Positions 53,700 through 64,000 of a DNA stretch of 64,000 nucleotides are shown here, in pieces. The translations under genes and the position numbers were made by a program. Position 1 is the first letter of the stretch. The number at the start of each line of letters is the position of its first letter. The notes under the pieces were generated by a model that was not told the DNA's origin, did not search any database, and worked only from the letters and a program-made list of their open reading frames with translations. The DNA comes from Octopus sinensis (lineage: Eukaryota), in assembly GCF_006345805.1 (NCBI RefSeq), contig NC_043004.1, forward strand, positions 103,168,001 through 103,232,000, in the 5' to 3' direction.

Positions 53700-54113
53700 A
53701 GGCGCAGGACAGGAGTGGCTGTGTGGTAAGTAGCTTGCTAACCAACCACATGGTTCCGGGTTCAGTCCCACTGCGTGGCACCTTGGGCAAGTGTCTTCAG
53801 CTATAGGCCCGGGCCGACCAATGCCTTGTGAGTGAATTTGGTAGACAGAAACTGAAAGAAGCCCATCGTACATATGTATATATATATGTGTGTGTGTGTA
53901 TATTTGTGTGTCTGTGTTTGTCCACCTAGCATTGCTTGACAACTGATGCTGGTGTGTTTACGTCCCCGTCACTTAGCGGTTCAGCAAAAGAGACCGATAG
54001 AATAAGTACTGGGCTTACAAAGAATAAGACCTGGGGTCGATTTGCTCAACTAAAGGCGGTGCTCCAGCATGGCCGCAGTCAAATGACTGAAACAAGTAAA
54101 AGAGTAAAAGAGT
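53700..54113 (+). mobile_element. SINE family A
   Basis: Full-length copy, head-to-head with 53005-53433. Confidence 0.9.
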
Positions 54114-54659
54114 ATGTGTTCGTGTGTGTGTGTTTGTACTTACATTAATGTTCTGTTGTGTATATATATATATAAACAAAATTTTGGGGAGGAAGATAAT
54201 TGATTGCATCTCAACTGGTACTTATTTTATTGATTTTAGTGAAAAGGCTGCTCCTCAGGTGTTTGGCAAAAATCAAAGTGTAGTGTGTGTTGATGGGAGG
54301 TGGGTATCATAAAATGGCACTTCTGTTCAGTTTCCATTAACCAAATTCCACTCACAAGGCATTGGTTGACCTGAGACATTAGCAGAAGATGCATACCAAA
54401 GTGCCACACCGTGGGACCAAACTTGAAACAGCAGAGTTGCAAAACATAATTCACAAGTACACAGAAATGCTTGCACCTTAAAAGTAAGTCAATAGCAAAA
54501 CATGAAATTTAACTCACAAAAGCTATGTTCAAATTTGCTGTCCTCTAACGTGATATTTCAGCTGACATTTCTACCAATTCCACCATCCACCCAATTCATT
54601 CAAATGTTTTTATTAGTTACTTCCAACATGTGACAGTAATGGTTTTCACATGACAGTAG

Positions 54660-55482
54660 TATAATTTTGGGAGGAGAAACCCAGCGTCCACCTGCTCCCT
54701 CCACAACACTAGTCTCAAAAAGTCTTCATGTGAACGTGACCTGGGTGTTATTGTCGACAGTGATTTGCGTTGGACAAAACACATCGCTAAAATTGTCAAG
54801 AAGGCTGAGGGTGTCTTGGCATCACTCACCAAATCCTTTGTGAGCCGCTCTCTGGCTATCTATCTGCAGCTTTATATAGCTATGGCAAGACCTCACCTGG
54901 AATTTGCATCACCGGTCTGGAACCCCTATCTTGCCCAGGATATCAATCGTCTGGAAGCTGGTCAGTGACGTGCAACCAAAAGAATACCCTCCATCAGGCA
55001 TTTGCCATATCCTGAACGCCTTACTTCCCTGGGCATGGACACATTGAAACTCCAACGTCTGGCAGCTGACTTGACAGACACCCATAAAATTATTAACCAT
55101 CTTACAAACAATAACTCTGAGCATTTTTTCAAACTCCACCCATCTAACACCCATGGACATATTTACAAAGTTAGAAAACAGCACAGCTCCCATGACTTCA
55201 GGAAACATTTTTTCATGCTGAGAGTTGCTGAAGCCTGGAACAAACTGCCGGCATCAGTTGTTAGTTGTCAGAGCACTGCATCCTTCAAAACTTCCATGCT
55301 TTCTAAGATTCGCCAATACTACACCTGATTTTCTCCCCTCCATACACACACAAGCATGTATCTGACTCATACATTGTTCGCTTTCCAGACATTTTTACAT
55401 TACTGCATGTACTTTATATGCACTTTCTGACAAGTTGTGGTGCACCTGAGCACTGTATAAAAAAAATTTCATTATTATTATA
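54660..55482 (+). mobile_element. 5'-truncated CR1/L2-group LINE, 3' end
   Basis: ERDLGVIVDSDLRWTKHI, LYIAMARPHLEFASPVWNPY, PYPERLTSLG, RKHFF..RVAEAWNKLP, and an (ATT)n tail. Confidence 0.88.
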
Positions 55483-55872
55483 ATTCTGTGTTATTAGGAA
55501 CCAGTTACTTTTTGTACTCATCTCAGTACATAAATGCAAGAAGGCTGCAAGAGAAGATATCACACTAAGTGTAAGATACCACATCAACTACATTGATCTG
55601 AGACTGAGGATTTAATATTGTCTCTGTTAGAGGCACAAAGCCTGAAAAATTGGTGGAGACGGGTAGTTGATTGTATTGACCACAGTGCTCAACTGGTACT
55701 AATTTTATCAACTTGAAAGGTAAAAGTTGACCCTGGAAGAATTAAAACTTGGAATGTACATAAAGTCAGAGGAATAGCCACTAAACATATTGTCCAGCAT
55801 GCTGATTATTCTGCTAGTGCAGTGCTTTTAGATGAATGTTTAATATCAACCGTATTGATCTCACTGTAAAGG

Positions 55873-56145
55873 AGTGCAGATGGCCCTGTGGTTAGGCAAC
55901 TGGGCTCTTGATCATTAGGTCATGAATTTGATTCCCTGTCCAGAATGTGCATTATGTCCTTGGGCAAGACACTTTACTTCATGTGGCTTCAGTTCACCCA
56001 GCTGGCTAAAATGAGTAAGAAGATCAACAGTGACTGGTCAGTGGCAATTTAGTGAGGCAGCATCAAAGAGTTGGTGATATAACCAAAACTTTCAGGCTTC
56101 AAGAAGGATATATACCCAGCAGGGGACTGCTACATCCTATCTTGA
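55873..56145 (+). mobile_element. Diverged CORE-type SINE
   Basis: tRNA-like head followed by TGTCCTTGGGCAAGACACTT. Confidence 0.65.
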
Positions 56146-56504
56146 CCCTTTATATATATATATATATATATTATCATGTAACGTCTGTTGTTCATATCTA
56201 TAAGTATACATCACCCTGTGATGCGCTTGGATACATTATTAGTGATGTTTCCTGGTGTCATTGATTTGGGTCTTGCAACAATCAAACACCTTCACCCAGG
56301 TGACCCAGCCAGGGTTGATGAAGCCCTGACCTGTGTCCAAGTATCACTACTGGCTCAAACCTCCTGGTTAGTACTGTGGAATCTGCAAGAATGATGCCAT
56401 CTCCCTATTCTAAATGCGAAAAAAAACCCCAAGAAACTATGTATTTTTGGAGAGATTACAGCTGAATAAATTCACCAAGGAAAGATGGTTGGTGAAATGA
56501 CATT

Positions 56505-56730
56505 TAACACTTAAGCATTTAAATTGGCCAAAATATTATGTTTTATCTTCAAACTGGTTAGATTTGGCCTTCCATACCTATCCCTAATGTCATTTTAAAA
56601 ATGAAAAAAAAAAAAAAATAGATAATCACATTATCGAAATCTCAAAGCTACGAAATAATGTATCATTAATTTAAAATTACATGAATACATAAGCATTACA
56701 TTTGACAGAGCAATCTGAATACTAAAGGGT
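56505..56730. mobile_element. Old piggyBac-type MITE
   Basis: Degenerate termini TTAACACTTAAGCATT ... AATACTAAAGGGTT. Confidence 0.5.
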
Positions 56731-57068
56731 TTGACTCTAAAATTAAAGGGGGATAACTAAATACAAGACATTTATAGCTGGAATATACATTATATATCCA
56801 GGGGGGCACAGCTTCCTTAATTTCTTTCTAGTCTTCACAGGTCACCTGTATTCAGGGCCCACATCTCACCACCATGGAAGTTAATTTTTATCAGGGTAAA
56901 TGGTGCAAACAGGGTGAGGTACATTGTTATAGGGCCAAAAGAAAGTTATTAAAATTTGAACTCGCCTCTCCCTCTCTTCCTCTGACTGGGATAACCATGG
57001 GTTTCTTCTACAGTAAGGCACCTGTTTCTGTCCCTCCATCATAGCCTCACTGCTTATCCCCTGGCAAG

Positions 57069-57437
57069 TGGAGGCGCAATGGCCCAGTGGTTTGGGCAGC
57101 GGACTCGCAGTTTCGATTCCCAGACCGGGCGTTGTGAGTGTTTATTAAGCGAAAACACCTAAAGCTCCACAAGGCTCCGGCAGGGATGGTGGTGATCCCT
57201 GCTGTACTCTTTCACCACAACTTTCTCTCACTCTTACTTCCTGTTTCTGTTGTACCTGTATTTCAAAGGGCCGGCCTTGTCACTCTCTGTGTCACGCTGA
57301 ATATCCCCGAGAACTACGTTAAGGGTACACGTGTCTGTGGAGTGCTCAGCCACTTACACGTTAATTTCACGAGCAGGCTGTTCCGTTGATTCGGATCAAC
57401 CAGAACCCTCGTTGTCGTAACTGACGGAGTGCTTCCA
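57069..57437 (+). mobile_element. SINE family B, tail type 1
   Basis: Near-identical to 10319-10703. TSD ATCCCCTGGCA. Confidence 0.9.
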
Positions 57438-57519
57438 AAAAATCCCCTGGCACAAAGTCACCTCCCTCAATACCATTCCCTCTCGCAGTTAAGAGATCTT
57501 TGTTGAGCAAGTTATTTAG

Positions 57520-57840
57520 TGACCTCGCTGGTACTGGTGCCTGGTAAAAGCCATCCAGTAGATGCTGCAACGTAGCTGACATCAAGAAGGGCATCCAGCC
57601 ATAGACACAATGCCAAAGTAGATAGTAGAGCTAGGTGCAGTCTTCTGGTTTGCCAGTTTCTACCAAACCCAACCCATGCCAGCATGAAAAATGGACATTA
57701 AATGATGATGATGATGATTATCATCGTCATCGTTTAATGTCCGCTTTCCATGCTAGCATGGGTTGGACGGTTCAACTGGGGTCTGGGAAGCCCGAAGGCT
57801 GCACCAGGCCCAGTCAGATCTGGCAGTGTTTCTACAGCTG
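57520..57840. mobile_element. Two tail-to-tail fragments of a (GAT)n-tailed retroposon
   Basis: CCCATGCCAGCATGAAAAATGGACATTAAATGATGATG faces CATCGTTTAATGTCCGCTTTCCATGCTAGCATGGG. Confidence 0.7.
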
Positions 57841-57951
57841 ATGATGATGATAAATGATAACAATGACTATGTACTCAATAATCCAGTTATTATAATCCAC
57901 AAAGCTGAACTGGCCAATCTTTAAAAAGAAACAAAGAAAGGTGGAGTTTAA

Positions 57952-58172
57952 CCCTTTCGTGACCAACCCAGCTGAAACCATCTCTGGCTCTGAGTACAAA
58001 TAACTTGTTTTCATAAGTTTAGAATTAAAATCTTCCACCAAACCTTAGTCACAATTCATGTTCCTAACACTAGCTTAATGATAACTAAGTTATTTTACTA
58101 AATTCTTTGTTATATTTTAAATTAATTGAAAGAAACATAGAGCATCTCAAAATAAATACAGTAACGAAAGGG
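57952..58172. mobile_element. piggyBac-type MITE
   Basis: TTAA|CCCTTTCGTGAC ... GTAACGAAAGGG|TTAA. Confidence 0.9.
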
Positions 58173-59224
58173 TTAATAATTTAAAAAATTATTTTACTTT
58201 GAAAAACATGACACTACTTGTGATAAAACAAACTGTGATAACAGAAACTAATAACTAAAAATTTATTTTGTTTTTAGTCTTTTTTATATTTCTGAAATAG
58301 TACAAATAGTTTCATTATATGTGAAACAGAGAGAAACATTATGAAAGTCTATAATGAACACATGAACACTTTCACACTCGATTGAATTAATTCGACTTGG
58401 CATGTCAGGTCAGAAAGGTTGTCAGTGTGGCATTCCGATTCCAGTAACCTGCCAACCATTGTTCTATAATTTGACATAGCACAGAGTTTCTGTGGGAACA
58501 CATTAACAAGAATTCAGCTAAGATCTATAATGCAGTGTGCTGGATTGATCCAGCAGAACATTTTCAAGAAAATGAAAGAAAGACTTAATATTTTGTGTGA
58601 TTAGATGAAATACATTAGTAATGTGATTGATAAAATACCCACCATTGGCATATGTGACTGATGAAATATCCATTATTGGCATGTAGTGGATAAGGACCAA
58701 TGTTTCTATGAGAATAAAAGCTCTGAATTTTCATGAGTCTAACATTGCTGTAACTAGGGAAAGGACTTAGTTTAAAATTTCAAGTATGATGTCAGACCAA
58801 AAATAGTTATACAACAAAGTTGTATAGGAGCTCCTTCCCAACTGTCAGTATACATAATACAACTTCAGGAAGAAAGCCAATTTTCATATTAAAGATGTGC
58901 ATTCATTTGATGTGATCCAAGTATATCAGAAATATACGCTTTTTTTGTATCTTTTATTCAAGAAGTCTTATGGAGCTTCCAAGAATATTAAGAGGGAAGG
59001 AAATGGTATTCTCAAACTGGAGATCTGGCACGATTGATTGCAACAAAGTGAACACCACTAAAAGTACCAAAGGTGCCATCAGATGGGGGTGTTGAACAAG
59101 GAAACAGGTTATGTTTATAAGAAATGAACAGCTTACAGAATGGCTGGGTGTGTTTAAGGTTGTTGTTATGAATTATGATTCATCTGAGCTGAAAAACCCA
59201 CTCCCCAGACCATGAACTATTTCT

Positions 59225-59720
59225 GCCTTTCTTTACAGTGCTCTGCAGACAGCTGAGATTCTATTTCTCATTAGGATGTTTCACACACATTTTGCAAATC
59301 CAAACCAGCAAAACTCGGATTAGGCCATTCACCCCACAAGAATCCACTCTGTAAGGGCCAATCTATTTGAGCCCTGATGAATTCAAAGCATGCTTTACAG
59401 TTTTCCTCAGATATTATTGGCACTCTGCTTGTGACACATTCCAATTAATCCAGACTACTTGGTTCATTTGCAGACAGTTCTCATTGATTGCTTTAATGCT
59501 GTGCAAGTCTTCATTCTACTTGATATCAACTGCAGACATATTCAGTAGTTGACTTCTAACATTCTGTGAATAAATATCTCTGCTGTTGAGGATGTTTTTA
59601 ATGGTCTAATACATCCAGGACAATCATAATGACAGTGTCTCTGTAGGTGATACAGCTTTCACACCTGACAACACCTGAGATACAAAGTAATGCTCTGTAA
59701 TAAACAGTGTTCTTGTGTAG
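59225..59720 (-). mobile_element. Highly degraded Tc1-like transposase fragment
   Basis: Minus-strand pieces resemble IS..N.KA..EF.RA..DW, ILWG and CLQSTVKKG. Confidence 0.5.
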
Positions 59721-60019
59721 CAACTAGTATAATACTGTAACAATGTATGATGGTTTCATCATGAATTTTAATTAAAGTTTGCAACTCTTTACTTGTGGTT
59801 CTAAATTAATGGAATTGTGAAATTTAAAACCATGGAAGACTTTTGAAAAAATTATTCAAATTAAATATTATTCAAATAAATTTTTATAATTTGTTTTAGG
59901 TGCTGATAAATTTCTTCATATTATCAATATGTATTGATTATACTATTTGAAAACAATAAAAAATTCAAAAATCTACTTAATGGTTCTAAATTCATAGCAG
60001 CCAGTATGACGGTGTGTGT

Positions 60020-60602
60020 CTTTCAGCTTTTATGTGTGGCCATGCTGAAGCACCTCCCTGAAGGTCAAACAAATCAACACCGGTACTTATTTTATTGGTC
60101 CTTATTCTATAGGTTTGTTTTACTGAACCATTAAGTTACAGGGACATAAACAAACCAACACACATATGTACATACAATGGGCCGCTTCCTGTTTCTATCT
60201 GCCAAATCCATTCACAAGGCTATAGGAGATTCTTGCCCAGGTGTTGCACAGTAGAGCTGAACCCCAGACCACATGATTGGGAAACCAGCTTCTTAACTAC
60301 ATGGCAACACGTGTGTGTGTGTGTATATATGTATATATATATACATACTCTTTTACTTGTTTCAGTCATTTGACTGTGGCCATGCTGGAGCACCGCCTTT
60401 AGTCAAGCAAATCGACCCAGGACTTATTCTTCGTAAACCTAGTACTTATTCTATTGGCATCTTCTGCTGAACCGCTAAGTTACGGGGACGTAAACACACC
60501 AGCATCAGTTGTCAAGCGATGTTGGGGGGGACAAACACAGACACACAAACACACACATACATATATATATATACATATCTATATATATATATATATTATA
60601 TC

Positions 60603-60637
<35 letters not shown>

Positions 60638-60817
60638 TATATATACATATATATGACGGGCTTCTTTCAGTTTCCATCTACCAAATCCACTCACAAGGCT
60701 TTGGTCGGTCCAAAGCTATAGTAGAAGACATTTGCCCAAGATGCCACGCAGTGGGACTGAACCTGGAACCAAGTGGTTTGTAAGCAAGCTACTTACCACA
60801 CAGCCACTCCTATGCCT
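60020..60817 (-). mobile_element. Two tandem SINE family A copies (old at about 60020-60310, younger at 60346-60817)
   Basis: Homologous to family A. Confidence 0.85.
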
Positions 60818-60959
60818 ATATATATATACATATATATATATACTGTAACGAACTTGGGGCAGAATAAGGACTGCTCCTCCTATGTATCATGTTTCACAGT
60901 AGAACTGAACCTAAGACCACATGACTTGGAAACAGGCTTCTCAACCACACAGCAACACA

Positions 60960-60991
<32 letters not shown>

Positions 60992-62444
60992 CCGTAACTA
61001 ACTTGGGGCAGATTAAGGACTGGTCCTCTTATGGATCCTATTCCAAGTGACCATCACAGATGATAAACTGTTGTTGCCAAATCAGGATGTTTTACTCTTA
61101 TAAAAACATTTACCTCCATAAATATCACATTTATAAACCAATGAGGATGCCTCCATGTAATCACTCAATCAACTAGAGATAACAGCTAAATTTTCCCTCA
61201 AATTACACATTATTGACTGAGACAAGAATGACACATGTTAGATAATGTGGTTTTGGATGCATTATGTATGAAAATAAAATTGGATGGTCATGGATGGAAT
61301 TCTTTGATCATAAGTTTGCCTCATCAGAGCTGACCAAGAACTAAACGACAACATCATGTTTACTTTTTGGATAATTCATGAGTCACTAAGCCCTCAGTGG
61401 ATAGGCTGATAGTATTCTATTACTGTCCAAATTAGCAAAGTATAATCCTTTCATTTGATATTTATAACAAGAAATAACTTCAAGAATATAAATATAGATT
61501 AACAGCTTTTTTTTTTCCATATAAATATGAGCATGACTTGAGACAGGTTTGTAGTTGTCTATTTATACATTCAGATGTATAGTGTCGCTTTCTCTTCTCA
61601 GCACTTCTCTCCATTCCACTCCTTGTCTCACTCTCTCTCTTTTTTTTTTAACCTTTCTTTGCCTAACTTCCTTCCATTGCTTGTCTGTCTTGCCTCCAGG
61701 CAGACCAGTTCACTCCTCAAACAAAAATCAGTACAAATGAAAAATAAAAATAAAAACTAAAACAAAAACACACTCTTCCTCTCGGAGGCAAACATTTTGG
61801 CTGCTACAAATATGCTTTCACAAGCAATCTTACACAAACCTTCCTAGCTCACAATACACGTACATATCCAAAACATACAACTGCACATTCAAAAGTTCAC
61901 ACACACATATCTTCAAACCCACACAGATGCATATGTGCACACATACACACACACACATTCAATTATTTGAAACTGAAGCTTCAATCTGTTACTATAAATA
62001 AATTATATAAACTCTACGATTATTGAGTACTCTCTCATACATACATATGAACATAGGCATATACGCATGTAGATAGAAGTACACGTGCACGCATTCACAA
62101 ACACATACATATGCGTGACAACGCCTATATTATTGTAAGTGTACACACATATAGAGATGCTTACGAGTTCTCAGGCATACACTGATGTCATCACATACAT
62201 TTCACTGTAACCACATGTATACTTACACACATACACATGCATATACTTAAGTACGCATACATGTACATGAACCGTATGTACACACACTCACACACACACA
62301 CACATACATGTATATAAATAACCATATGTACAAGCACTGTATAAAAATCTGTAGTTACATCTTTTTTCTTTATGCAAAATTTACAGTATGGGTTAAAGTA
62401 GTACACAGCTTGTAATGACACACACTGAGCAACAGCAGCTGTAA

Positions 62445-63035
62445 TCGTCGTAGTGTTGGTGGTAGTGTTGATGATGATGGCGGCGGTGGTGGTGGTGGTG
62501 GTGGTGGTGGTGGTGATGGAGTTAGGAAAGAATGGATACCGATGTTGACGGGAGTGGATGTAGTAAAAGTAGTAACAACTATGATTACATAAGTAGTAGT
62601 AGTAGTGGTAGTGGTAGTGGTGATGGTGGTGGTTGATTTAGTAGACATAACAGAGGTAGTGTAACTCTGAATGGTGGTAGTGCTGGTAAAAGTAGGATAA
62701 GTACTAGTAGTTGCAGTGGTGGTGGTGGTGGTGGTGAAAACAGTATAGTAGTTGCAACTAATAACAGTTGTGGTAGAAGTACTGTCAATGTTGATGGTAG
62801 TGGTGGTGGTGGTGGTGGTGATGGTAGTGGTGAGGTTGTTGACAACAGTCGTCGGAAGGAGGGGTGGACGTATTGGTATCATCGATACAGTTGGTTGTAT
62901 CAGAGAAGCTCACGGACAATGGTAAATAGTAGTAGTAGTAGTAATATTAGTAGGAACAGTAACAGTAGTAGTAGTAGTAGTAGCAAGAGTAAAAGTAGTA
63001 GTAGTAGTAGTAGTAGTAGTAGCAGTAGTAACAGG
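62445..63035. repeat. (GGT)n/(AGT)n low-complexity tract, probably within the PPP1R8 3' UTR
   Basis: Trinucleotide repeats immediately downstream (minus strand) of the stop codon. Confidence 0.8.
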
Positions 63036-63416
63036 TGCAGCAGTTACAGAGTGGTTCAGGGAACAGTTCCAAGTGAGCTTTTTCATTCTCTATCGCTTTC
63101 TCTCTCTCTCTATCTCTCTCACACACACATACACTTAGTGCCTAGCACACACACACACACACACACACACAGAGTTCTGTTTGTGGAGCAGTAGGAGCTG
63201 GTGCAGTTACTGCAGGAATATTAAGAGGAACAGCACTGTCCACAACAACAACATCAACAACAACATAGCTCACAGTGCCAAAATAGCAGTAGCCTGTCAG
63301 TTTGTCTGTCTGTCCGTCCGTTGTCCATAAGACCAACACAGACTCACACACACAGAACAAAAACAGACACATATATTTTACAGGCCATACGTACATACAT
63401 GCACACACTATAGTCT

Positions 63417-63764
63417 CTACACAAGCAATGTTGGCAACGGCTTTTTGCCCGGCCACGCTTCCTTTGCATATTTCTTCTTCTTTGGTTCCTTGGCTGCCTC
63501 TTCTGGATTCATAACCACTGGGTTTGCTTTCACTACTGGCACCACTGTTTCTTCTTCTTCAAGACTTGGCGCCAAGTTCGGAATTGGTAGGCCAAGTTTG
63601 GCTGCTATGCTGTAGGAACTTCCCATGCCGCTTTGGCCATCGCTGGTGCCACCTGGAGGAAGATCACCATACAAACTGGGAGCATTGAATGGAAAATTAG
63701 CTGAGCGTTTTACCGGTTCCACTCCCATATTTGAAGAACCTGTGCTGGATTCAACTTTGTTTCG
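63417..63764 (-). CDS. PPP1R8: Nuclear inhibitor of protein phosphatase 1 (NIPP1), last coding exon
   Basis: The C-terminus LYGDLPP...LPIPNLAP...NPEEAAKEPKKKKYAKEAWPGKKPLPTLLV* matches my recollection of vertebrate NIPP1 (LYGGLPP..MPYPNLAP..EPKKKKYAKEAWPGKKPTPSLLI). A phase-0 acceptor TTTTCAG|CGAAAC lies at 63765/63764 and the TAG stop at 63417-63419. Upstream exons lie beyond the window. Confidence 0.93.
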   Translation of the reverse strand, partial: RNKVESSTGSSNMGVEPVKRSANFPFNAPSLYGDLPPGGTSDGQSGMGSSYSIAAKLGLPIPNLAPSLEEEETVVPVVKANPVVMNPEEAAKEPKKKKYAKEAWPGKKPLPTLLV

Positions 63765-64000
63765 CTGAAAATATATTTATTGAAACTTAAGTAAAATCAA
63801 ATAAAATATGGTTAAATAACAATTTCGACATTGACAACAGCACTGCCACAAAACTGACCTCAGTACATGACAGGTACCTATTTGATCAACACAGAAAGAT
63901 GGAAGGTAAAGTTATCCCCAACTGGATTTGAACTCAGAATGTAAAAGGATGGAACAAAATACTGTAAAGTATTTATTCTGACACACAACCCCAACTCATT

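Noticed and set aside
56307-56369. CCAGGG-TTGATGA-AGCC...GGCT-CAAAC-CTC-CTGG hammerhead-like arrangement
   Set aside because: It needs several core substitutions (GAAAC and GTC are absent) and there is only one copy in the window.
62370-63194. Thr/Pro/Ser-rich ORFs near PPP1R8
   Set aside because: They are trinucleotide repeats downstream of the stop codon, most likely 3' UTR.

Overview
AT-rich animal genomic DNA saturated with microsatellites and SINEs. The repeat families suggest a coleoid cephalopod, most likely Octopus (inference only). There is one assembly gap (45040-45139). The only confident host gene segment is the terminal coding exon of PPP1R8/NIPP1 on the minus strand (63417-63764). 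Almost all other ORF-track entries are translated microsatellites or SINEs. The rest of the window is decayed mobile elements: several tRNA-derived SINE families, non-autonomous Helitrons, remnants of hAT, mariner, Tc1 and piggyBac, and remnants of non-LTR elements (R4/Dong, HERO, CR1/L2, RTE, Tx1, Penelope). The most interesting signal is a set of non-coding elements carrying hammerhead ribozymes (HHRs). Two loci (18447-19332 and 38241-38940) consist of a ~350-nt circularly permuted, rod-folding unit in tandem and inverted arrangement. The unit carries a type I hammerhead whose core has U3 paired with G8 at one locus and A8 at the other, instead of the canonical C3-G8. These look like retrozymes mobilised by Penelope-like elements. 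Further HHRs with a long stem II or a minimal fold occur in short Penelope-type terminal-repeat (pLTR) elements.
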